From Geotalea uraniireducens Rf4 (GTDB taxonomy: Bacteria > Desulfobacterota > Desulfuromonadia > Geobacterales > Geobacteraceae), in NCBI RefSeq assembly GCF_000016745.1, contig NC_009483.1, forward strand, positions 1,350,001-1,382,000: 32,000 nt of DNA, written 5' to 3'. Positions within the stretch are counted from its first letter, which is position 1. Every line of letters begins with the position of its first letter. Below, piece by piece: positions 25,162-31,550 of this stretch. The notes beneath the pieces are model-generated. The model was not told the DNA's origin and did not search any database. It saw nothing but the letters and a program-made list of their open reading frames with translations. A program made the translations under genes and the position numbers.

Positions 25162-26469
25162 ATGAAAAAACGTATACTGTTCAGGCTGATTTTGTCCCTG
25201 TGGGTAATGAGCGTTTTTGGCTGCGGATTCGGCGGTTTCAGCGACAGCAGCAACAGCGGAACGTCGTCCGGCGATTCGGATTCCGCTAACGACACAAAAG
25301 TAAGCGGGGTGGTTTCCAAGGGCCTATTCAAAAACGGGACCGTGCGTTTCTATGCAGTCAACTTTGACGGCAGCGAAACATTGTTGAAGACGACATCTAT
25401 CGGGGCATTCGGAAATTATTCGGCAAGGCTCAGCTCGCAGAAAACGATCACAAGCGGCTCCTACAACGGGGTGGTGCTGATAAAGGCAACCGGTTCCTAT
25501 ATCGATGAGGCAACCGGTGCCGAATTGACCATCGATGACAGCCATCCGCTGCGGGCGATCATCGCAAATCCGTCGGGAACGTTGAATGCATCGGTGACGG
25601 CTCTTACGGAACTTGCAACGAGGAAGGCGCTCGCGGTTCAGCGTACGGGCAATCAGCTTGCCGCCACAGATGTAACCAATGCAAATGCCCTGGTTTCTGA
25701 AATGTTCAAGGTTGACATCATTGCCACTAAACCGGTGGAACCCGACCTTTCTGATTACGGGTTCGGCAGAGCGTCAACTACCCAGGCGCAGAAAGACTAT
25801 ACCCTGGCGCTGGCGGCCATCTCTCAGATGGCCAGGAACAATGCCGGAACTTTGGCCAGCACATTGAACGTCCTTGCCGACGATATTGCAGACGGGGCTA
25901 TTACTGCCGAAAACGCCACCACTCTCCAGACGGCCTTGATAACTTTTTTGGCCTCGGATAGAAACGTTACCGGCGTCAAGAGCATCAACTCGACAAATCT
26001 TGCCAACGCGGGCGGTAGCTTAAAAATCGTCAGGCTCGGGACTGCCGAGAAATTGGGCGCCGGCAATATTATCGGCGGGGTTACGGTAACGTTGAAACTG
26101 CCGCCGGGGGTGACGCTAAGAGCTGACTTGTCCGCCCCTGAAATAGCAGAAAAAGAACCACTTAGCGGGGTTGTGAAAGGGTCGGGAGTTATCGCGGCAG
26201 GGGTATACGTAAAAGCGAGCTACATCGCGTCATCCGGGGCGCTTCCTGGCATGGTGACCCTCTCTCTGGCGGGCGCCCACGGGTTTGCGGTGGGTGAGTT
26301 TGCAACAATAATGTGTGATGTTCCGGCAGGGATGTCTCTTAATTCGACCAATTTCAGCATCTACAAAAACCTTAACGATCCCAACGATCCTAAAAACTTC
26401 AAGGCGGTTGACGGAAACGGAGCGGCCTTCCCGGCGGATATCATTACTGTCGAGGTATTGCCGGATTGA
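25162..26469 (+). CDS. Lipoprotein (435 aa) of unknown family; the C-terminal ~150 aa may be a cohesin-like beta-sandwich
   Basis: ATG at 25162 after GAGGGTGGAG. MKKRILFRLILSLWVMSVFGC has a lipobox-like VFGC followed by a Ser/Gly/Asp linker. C-terminus: IIGGVTVTLKLPPGVTL...VVKGSGVIAAGVYVKASY...GMVTLSLAGAHGFAVGEFATIMCDVPAG...NFKAVDGNGAAFPADIITVEV. Confidence 0.75.
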   Translation: MKKRILFRLILSLWVMSVFGCGFGGFSDSSNSGTSSGDSDSANDTKVSGVVSKGLFKNGTVRFYAVNFDGSETLLKTTSIGAFGNYSARLSSQKTITSGSYNGVVLIKATGSYIDEATGAELTIDDSHPLRAIIANPSGTLNASVTALTELATRKALAVQRTGNQLAATDVTNANALVSEMFKVDIIATKPVEPDLSDYGFGRASTTQAQKDYTLALAAISQMARNNAGTLASTLNVLADDIADGAITAENATTLQTALITFLASDRNVTGVKSINSTNLANAGGSLKIVRLGTAEKLGAGNIIGGVTVTLKLPPGVTLRADLSAPEIAEKEPLSGVVKGSGVIAAGVYVKASYIASSGALPGMVTLSLAGAHGFAVGEFATIMCDVPAGMSLNSTNFSIYKNLNDPNDPKNFKAVDGNGAAFPADIITVEVLPD

Positions 26470-26529
26470 CGCAGCACTGTCCGGTTAGGAAATTGCATCT
26501 TAGCGTCCGGGTTTGAAACTACTGCCTTT

Positions 26530-26634
26530 CACCCTCCCCCAGCCCCTCCCATCGAAGGGAGGGGGGCCTAAAATCCCCTCTCCCCTGGTGGACCCAAATT
26601 GCGGGCCTAAAGGAGAGGGCCAGGGTGAGGGGGA
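26530..26634. repeat. GC-rich REP-like palindromic intergenic element
   Basis: CCCCTCCC-atcgaa-GGGAGGGG (26543-26564) is a perfect 8-bp hairpin. It is followed by CCCCTCTCCCCTGG...GGAGAGGGCCAGGGTGAGGGGG, which has imperfect dyad symmetry. This resembles the ccctctcc/ggagaggg intergenic repeats common in proteobacteria. Confidence 0.5.
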
Positions 26635-26731
26635 AATGTGCAGATTGCAAGAATCTAACTGAACACTGCTGGGATTGACATGAATTTTAAACCTGAAAAA
26701 AGCAGTTATTGTTTCGGTGGTTAAATATAGG

Positions 26732-27100
26732 TTATTTGTTGCCCATCGTAGACAATGTGATCCTCTGGAAAATGCCCTGGCCCGCCGAGTTGCCGGTATT
26801 TACAGCCCCTCTGTCAGATTCGTCCCATAGTTTTATCCTTGACGCCGCCGTTTCCAGCTTCCCGGAAAAAACCGCTCCCCATGGAAATGGTGTTTCAAGC
26901 CCATGGCCGACTATCTTTCCCAACTCATCGTCCCTGACTTTTACCTCCGACATGAGGGGGTCGCGCCAGGGCTGTTCCTCATCTTCAGATGTGGACTGGC
27001 TCAACCACCCTCTTGTCGAAGTTACAACCGGTTCCTCTGCTTTTCCCCACGCAGGGATCAGGCATACGAGGAGCCAGACTATGGCGGTGACTTTTTTCAT
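26732..27100 (-). CDS. Hypothetical secreted protein (122 aa)
   Basis: An internal ATG (27100-27098) gives the signal peptide MKKVTAIVWLLVCLIPAWGKA. No recognisable family. The overlapping plus-strand ORF lacks any export or RBS signal. Confidence 0.5.
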   Translation of the reverse strand: MKKVTAIVWLLVCLIPAWGKAEEPVVTSTRGWLSQSTSEDEEQPWRDPLMSEVKVRDDELGKIVGHGLETPFPWGAVFSGKLETAASRIKLWDESDRGAVNTGNSAGQGIFQRITLSTMGNK

Positions 27101-27478
27101 CTTCCCAATGGCTCCTTTATTGGTAAATGATGTTGAGCGAAAACGGTAAACGAAAGCAAATACTGTCATCTAACGATCAAATATGATGAGACATGATTGG
27201 ATGCTATTAATCTAATAGCAAAGTGCGTACCAACTTGCAACTATCTGATTTTGCACGGTTTGTCTGGGGGGGTTCTCAACACATGTAAAGAATGCGTACA
27301 GGTGAAAAAAGTTTCCGCGGCGACTTTATCCGGAGAAATGCGATATAAATCAGTGGGTTATGCGTCTGGTGAAGGGGGGAGACGTGCTGTAAAAAAAATA
27401 TTACAATTGATCTGTTGAGTTACAGATGAGTACAGAGAATTCAATTGTCTCATATGGATGCGGCCTTTCGCAAGAGCC

Positions 27479-27787
27479 TCAGCTTTTCTGCAAATTGCTC
27501 ATGATTTCATCCACTTCATCGGCCCCTTTTTCGTAAAGCTTTTCCTCGTCGGGGGCAAGGTGGTAGAGGAGTTTCAGAAACTCTCCGGCATGGACCCGCT
27601 CTTCGTCGGCAACATCCTTCAGCACTGCCCGGGCGAACGGGTTGTCAACCGATTCGGCAAGCTGCATGTACATCTGCACTGCTTCGTACTCTGCCGCTAC
27701 AAGAAAACGAACGGCGCGTATCAGTTCTTCGTGGGTCAATTTGCGATCATTGGCGAGGCCGGAAAATGGTGATCCGAAGTCAGGCAT
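27479..27787 (-). CDS. Small ferritin-like/rubrerythrin-family two-helix protein (102 aa), EncFtn-like half-ferritin motif
   Basis: RBS GGAGGA 6 nt upstream on the minus strand. Motifs: AAEYEAVQMY (E-x6-Y) and ADEERVHAGEF (E-x2-H), matching the di-iron half-site arrangement of encapsulated-ferritin-type proteins. No encapsulin shell gene or C-terminal LGIGSL-type targeting peptide is seen. Confidence 0.7.
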   Translation of the reverse strand: MPDFGSPFSGLANDRKLTHEELIRAVRFLVAAEYEAVQMYMQLAESVDNPFARAVLKDVADEERVHAGEFLKLLYHLAPDEEKLYEKGADEVDEIMSNLQKS

Positions 27788-27941
27788 GATATGATCCTCC
27801 TATGACGGGTATTGGTAAGAGAAGTATAGTCAAGGCGGATGAAACATCAAGCAGATGCAGCAACATTTTGTCGTTGTCGGACATAACGATAATCCGCGAT
27901 GGGGTTGAATTTTTCTCAATTTGTCATTCAGGTTGCCGTCC

Positions 27942-27970
27942 TTGACATGCCATCTCATTTTCTGTATAAA
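27942..27970 (+). promoter_or_regulatory. Candidate sigma-70 promoter for yggT-divIVA-yggU
   Basis: Consensus TTGACA (27942-27947), 17-nt spacer, TATAAA (27965-27970), about 35 nt upstream of the ATG at 28005. Confidence 0.5.
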
Positions 27971-28004
27971 AATCAGGTTGCTTTATCAAGGCAAAAAGGG
28001 GCGC

Positions 28005-28325
28005 ATGATGTTCATCCTTGCCAATTTTCTCAATGCAGTAGCCTATGTTCTGGAATTCGTCCTCAATATCTACATGTACATCATAATTGCCCGGGCAATA
28101 CTCTCCTGGGTCAATCCCGATCCATACAATCCGATTGTCAACTTTCTCTACCGGGCAACCGATCCTGTTCTTTATCGGGTCCGGCGCATGCTTCCCGATA
28201 TGGGCGGGTTGGATCTTTCGCCGCTGATCGTACTTCTGATCATTTTTTTCCTGCAGAAATTCCTCGTCAACTCGATTTTTGAACTGGTGAGCAGAATGAA
28301 ATTCGGTTTGGGAGTCATGCCGTGA
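28005..28325 (+). CDS. yggT: YggT (Ycf19) family integral membrane protein
   Basis: The ATG at 28005 follows AAAAGGGG. MMFILANFLNAVAYVLEFVLNIYMYIIIARAILSWVNPDPYNPIVNFLYRATDPVLYRVRRMLP is the characteristic YggT motif (ARAILSW....NP....L...T.P.L.P.R...P). Confidence 0.85.
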   Translation: MMFILANFLNAVAYVLEFVLNIYMYIIIARAILSWVNPDPYNPIVNFLYRATDPVLYRVRRMLPDMGGLDLSPLIVLLIIFFLQKFLVNSIFELVSRMKFGLGVMP

Positions 28326-28771
28326 AAATTACACCACTCGATATCCAGCAGCAGCAGTTCAAGGGTAAAATGATAGGCGGCTTGGATTCGGAGGATGTGG
28401 ATGCCTTCCTCCAGGTGGTGGCCCAGGAAATGGAAACGCTGATCCGTGAAAATACCGAACTCAAGGAGCAGCAAAGCCGGAACGCGGCAGCCATCGCCGC
28501 CATGGAAGGGCAGGAGTCAAAGTTGCGCGACGCAGTGCTGGCTGCACAGCAAATTTCCGAAGATATGAAGGCCAATGCCCGGAAAGAGGCGACCCTGCTG
28601 ATTTCGGAAGCTGAATTAAAGGGCGAAAGAATCCTTGCCGATGCCGAAAAAAAGCTGGTCGAGTTGAATAACCAGATACAGGAGTTGCGCAGGGAGAAGC
28701 TCCAGTTTGAAACCGCGTTGAAATCCCTTCTGGATACCCACTATAAAATGCTTTCCCTAAATGAAGAATGA
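28322..28771 (+). CDS. DivIVA domain-containing coiled-coil protein
   Basis: The GTG start overlaps the yggT stop (GTGA). N-terminal DivIVA signature: MKITPLDIQQQQFKGKMIGGLDSEDVDAFLQVVAQEMETLIRENTELKEQ. The remainder is a coiled coil. Confidence 0.85.
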   Translation: MKITPLDIQQQQFKGKMIGGLDSEDVDAFLQVVAQEMETLIRENTELKEQQSRNAAAIAAMEGQESKLRDAVLAAQQISEDMKANARKEATLLISEAELKGERILADAEKKLVELNNQIQELRREKLQFETALKSLLDTHYKMLSLNEE

Positions 28772-29069
28772 GAGCGATACAGGCGGCCTGAAGATAACCG
28801 AGACCGCCGACGGTGTTATTTTCACGGTTCATGTCCAGCCGCGTGCCTCGCGCAACGAAATTTGCGGCGTTCAGGGAGATGAGCTGAAGCTGCGCCTGAC
28901 AGCGCCACCGGTGGAAGACGCCGCCAACAAGCTCTGTGTCGAGCTCCTGGCCAAGGCGCTGAAGGTTGCCAAGTCGCGGGTAACCATAACAGCCGGCGCC
29001 AAATCAAGGCACAAGACCGTCAAGGTGGAAGGCATCACCACGGAGCCGGTGTTATCACTGCTCAAATGA
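28761..29069 (+). CDS. yggU: DUF167 (YggU) family protein
   Basis: FTVHVQPRASRNEICGVQGDELKLRLTAPPVEDAANKLCVELLAKALKVAKSRVTITAGAKSRHKTVKVEGI matches the YggU/DUF167 pattern (V.P.A......G.....LK....APP..G.AN..L...LA..L.V....V.I..G..SR.K.v.i.G). Overlaps the divIVA end by 11 nt. Confidence 0.8.
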   Translation: MKNESDTGGLKITETADGVIFTVHVQPRASRNEICGVQGDELKLRLTAPPVEDAANKLCVELLAKALKVAKSRVTITAGAKSRHKTVKVEGITTEPVLSLLK

Positions 29070-29174
29070 CATGTGAGGAGATTTGCAGATGAAAGCCAAG
29101 GATATAAGGGATCATCTACCGCTCGCGATTGCTCTTCGCCATGACTAAAAGTCTGACGTCTTAGCGAATCGGTC

Positions 29175-29204
29175 TTGACAAAATGGCTGTCGAATACATA
29201 TATT
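29175..29204 (+). promoter_or_regulatory. Candidate sigma-70 promoter for the fmdB-family gene
   Basis: TTGACA (29175-29180), 18-nt spacer, TATATT (29199-29204), about 40 nt upstream of the ATG at 29244. Motif match only. Confidence 0.4.
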
Positions 29205-29243
29205 AATTAGAAGAAGAACGTATAAACAGGAGGTTGATTAAAA

Positions 29244-29492
29244 ATGCCACTCTACGAATACCAATGCAACAGTTGCGGCGATCAGTTTGAATTGCGCCAG
29301 AAATTTTCCGATGCCCCGGCCAGCGAATGCCCGAAATGCGGCGGGGAGGTAACGAAACTCATATCCCAGGCCGGGTTCTCCCTCAAAGGCGGGGGATGGT
29401 ATAACGACGGTTACGGCAGCAAAAAGAGTTCCGATGCGCCGGCCTGCCCTTCGGGCGGCAGTTGCGCCGGATGCCCTTCGGCCTCGGCGTAG
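29244..29492 (+). CDS. FmdB-family zinc-ribbon protein (CxxC_CxxC_SSSS putative regulatory protein)
   Basis: AGGAGG RBS. MPLYEYQCNSCGDQFELRQKFSDAPASECPKCGGEVTKLIS is the canonical FmdB N-terminus. Confidence 0.85.
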   Translation: MPLYEYQCNSCGDQFELRQKFSDAPASECPKCGGEVTKLISQAGFSLKGGGWYNDGYGSKKSSDAPACPSGGSCAGCPSASA

Positions 29493-29504
29493 AACGACTC
29501 AAAG

Positions 29505-29531
29505 AATCCTCCTTTCGGGGGATTTTTTTTT
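29505..29531 (+). terminator. Rho-independent terminator after the fmdB-family gene
   Basis: AATCCTCC (29505-29512), loop tttc, GGGGGATT (29517-29524) with one G:U pair, running into a T9 tract (29523-29531). Confidence 0.75.
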
Positions 29532-29586
29532 GCCCGTAATCTGCCGGAAATCGCTTTACAAATCCCGTCGCGTTACTTTATTATCT

Positions 29587-29755
29587 CTAGGAGCCTGTCG
29601 GACTTAGGAATGAATCTACTGCGAGAATGGCAAATCGGTCCATATTCCCGTAAATTTTCGACGAATAGGTCCACTATTAGCTCTCAAATTTCCGGAAATC
29701 TGTCCTCGATTTTCCATCCTCTCGCTACGATTCCCTAAGTCCGACAGACTCCTAG
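29587..29755. repeat. 169-bp element bounded by ~25-bp imperfect terminal inverted repeats (MITE-like or long structured RNA), just upstream of folD
   Basis: Left arm CTAGGAGCCTGTCGGACTTAGGAAT (29587-29611). Right arm ATTCCCTAAGTCCGACAGACTCCTAG (29730-29755), whose reverse complement is CTAGGAGTCTGTCGGACTTAGGGAAT. Weaker complementarity continues inward (GCGAGAATGG / CCATCCTCTCGC). Confidence 0.5.
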
Positions 29756-29784
29756 TTTGAAAATGTTAAAAGGAGTTTATATTT

Positions 29785-30627
29785 ATGGCTAAAATTATTG
29801 ACGGCAAGGCGATTGCGGCGAAGATCCGCGGAGAGATAACGGCCGAGGTGGCGAAACTGGCGAGCAAGGGGGTAACGCCGGGACTGGCGGTTGTTCTGGT
29901 GGGTGAAGACCCGGCCAGCAAGGTCTATGTGAGCATGAAGGAGAAGGCATGCAAGGATGTGGGTATCTTCTCCGATGAATACAAGCTCCCGGTTGATACA
30001 AGCGAAGCAGATCTGCTGCTCCTGATCCACAAACTCAATAGCGACCCGAAGATTCACGGCATCCTCATCCAGCTCCCCCTGCCGAAGCAGATCGATACCG
30101 AGAAGGTTCTCGAAGCGATCTCGCCGGAAAAGGATGCGGACGGCTTCCACCCTTACAATGTGGGGCGCCTGGTCATCGGCAAGCCGCTCTTCCAGCCCTG
30201 CACCCCTTACGGCGTCATGGTCATGCTCAAAGAAGCCGGCGTGGAACTGGCCGGCAAAGAGGTGGTGGTCGTCGGCCGCTCCAACATCGTCGGCAAGCCT
30301 GTCGCCTTCATGTGTCTCCAGCAGAACGCGACCGTGACCCTTTGCCACTCAAAGACCCGGGACCTGGCCGCCAAGGTGGGCATGGCCGATGTGGTCATTG
30401 CCGCAGTCGGCCAGCCGGAGATGATCAAGGGGGCGTGGATCAAGGAAGGGGCCGTGGTCATCGACGTCGGTGTCAACCGGGTCGGCGAGAAGAAGCTGGT
30501 GGGGGATGTGGAATTCGATGCCGCCGCAGAGCGCGCCTCGGCCATAACCCCGGTGCCGGGCGGAGTCGGCCCCATGACCATCACCATGCTCCTTTACAAC
30601 ACCCTGGAAGCGGCTAAAAGGCGGTAG
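29785..30627 (+). CDS. folD: Bifunctional methylenetetrahydrofolate dehydrogenase (NADP+)/methenyltetrahydrofolate cyclohydrolase
   Basis: The full-length translation shows typical FolD sequence: [15 protein letters not shown]..., [98 protein letters not shown]. Confidence 0.95.
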   Translation: MAKIIDGKAIAAKIRGEITAEVAKLASKGVTPGLAVVLVGEDPASKVYVSMKEKACKDVGIFSDEYKLPVDTSEADLLLLIHKLNSDPKIHGILIQLPLPKQIDTEKVLEAISPEKDADGFHPYNVGRLVIGKPLFQPCTPYGVMVMLKEAGVELAGKEVVVVGRSNIVGKPVAFMCLQQNATVTLCHSKTRDLAAKVGMADVVIAAVGQPEMIKGAWIKEGAVVIDVGVNRVGEKKLVGDVEFDAAAERASAITPVPGGVGPMTITMLLYNTLEAAKRR

Positions 30628-30893
30628 ATGGTCGGCGGTCGGCAGTCGGTGGTTTGTCTTCCATCGACCATCGACCATCGACCGCCGACCGGTTTTCAAT
30701 ATCTGCAACCATCGAAAAGGGCGGTAGCTGGTCGATGGTCGGCAGTCGGTGGTTTGTCTGCCATCGACCGCCGACCGCCGACCGGTTTTTCAATATCTGC
30801 AACCATCGAAAAGGGCGGTAGCTGGTCGGTAGTCGGCAGTCGGTGGTTTGTTTGCCATCGACCATCGACTGCCGACCGCCGACCGATTTAAAC
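30614..30893 (+). repeat. Tandem array of about 3 units (100 and 94 bp periods), each a long GC-rich hairpin built from GTCGGNN/CNNCGAC heptamers; the first two are followed by a T tract (terminator-like)
   Basis: GCGGTAG recurs at 30621, 30721 and 30815. Each unit is GGTCGGCGGTCGGCAGTCGGTGG-tttgtct-CCATCGACC...CGACCGCCGACC. Units 1 and 2 continue with GGTTTT(T)CAATATCTGCAACCATCGAAAAGGGCGGTAG. The first copy of AAAAGGCGGTAG is the folD 3' end including its stop codon. Confidence 0.85.
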
Positions 30894-30894
30894 C

Positions 30895-31542
30895 ATGATC
30901 GTCAGCAAGCAAAAACCCATAGATGAAATCCTTGCCGCACTGGCCGGGGACGGGAAAATCTTTCTCATCGGCTGTGCAAAATGTGCCACGGTCTGCAAGG
31001 CGGGCGGCGAGGAAGAGGTCTGGCAGATGCAGGAAGTCCTGACCTCCGCCGGCAAAGAAGTGACCGGCTCGGTGGTTATCGACGAGGCCTGCCACATGCT
31101 CCGCTCCGGCCGCGACCTGCGCGCCAAAAAGGAAATGGTCGAAGAGGCCGATGCGCTCCTGGTGCTGGCCTGTGGCGCGGGGATCCAGTCGATCTCCGCC
31201 GGGACGCCGAAAAAGACCGTTGCCGGCCTTGACACCCTCTTTCTCGGCAATATCCGCCGGTTCGGCCAGTTCGAGCAGAAATGTTCCCTCTGCGGCGAAT
31301 GCATTCTGACCGAGACCGGCTGTATCTGTCCGGTGACGGTATGTCCCAAGGGTCTCCTCAATGGCCCGTGCGGGGGGATGGACTCTGGTCACTGCGAGAC
31401 CGACCCGGAAAAGGAGTGCGTCTGGTTTCAGATTTATGAACGCCTTCAGGCCCAGGGAACCGTGGAAAAACTGAAGAAAACGGTGCCGCAGAAAGACTTT
31501 TCGAAGATGCTCAAGCCGGGTAAATTGGGGATCGGAAAATAA
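30895..31542 (+). CDS. metV: Methylenetetrahydrofolate reductase C-terminal-domain protein (Cys-rich, MetV-like small subunit)
   Basis: Cys clusters GCAKCATVCKAGG and CSLCGECILTETGCICPVTVCPKGLLNGPCGGMDSGHCE...ECVWFQIYERL match the MTHFR_C pattern. The gene sits directly upstream of metF. Confidence 0.8.
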   Translation: MIVSKQKPIDEILAALAGDGKIFLIGCAKCATVCKAGGEEEVWQMQEVLTSAGKEVTGSVVIDEACHMLRSGRDLRAKKEMVEEADALLVLACGAGIQSISAGTPKKTVAGLDTLFLGNIRRFGQFEQKCSLCGECILTETGCICPVTVCPKGLLNGPCGGMDSGHCETDPEKECVWFQIYERLQAQGTVEKLKKTVPQKDFSKMLKPGKLGIGK

Positions 31543-31550
31543 CGGATACT

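Noticed and set aside
26709-27149. 146-aa plus-strand ORF overlapping the 26732..27100 minus-strand gene
   Set aside because: Only the minus-strand frame yields a start with a classical signal peptide (MKKVTAIVWLLVCLIPAWGKA). The plus-strand product has no export signal, RBS or motif. Confidence in either is still moderate.
27197-27418. 73-aa plus-strand ORF in the spacer between the secreted-protein gene and the ferritin-like gene
   Set aside because: It has no RBS, a Cys-rich odd composition and no family resemblance. It lies where the promoter for the leftward gene and the terminator for the ferritin-like gene are expected.
29089-29148. 19-codon ORF MKAKDIRDHLPLAIALRHD with a GAGGAG 7 nt upstream, between yggU and the fmdB promoter
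   Set aside because: It is too short to distinguish from chance, with no known leader-peptide logic or downstream attenuator structure. It is noted only because the RBS spacing is good.
30614-30891. ORFs 30614..30865 (-) and 30628..30891 (+) spanning the folD-metV spacer, and the possibility that the tandem units are a CRISPR array
   Set aside because: Both 'proteins' are just translations of the heptamer/hairpin repeats (…DRRPPTGF…). The units are contiguous, with no unique spacers between them, and each is internally palindromic, so this is not CRISPR architecture. No cas genes are present.
30790-31392. Minus-strand ORFs (200 aa and 157 aa) antisense to metV
   Set aside because: The plus-strand frame has the conserved MTHFR_C cysteine clusters and is translationally positioned next to metF. 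The antisense ORFs are typical GC-rich shadow ORFs.
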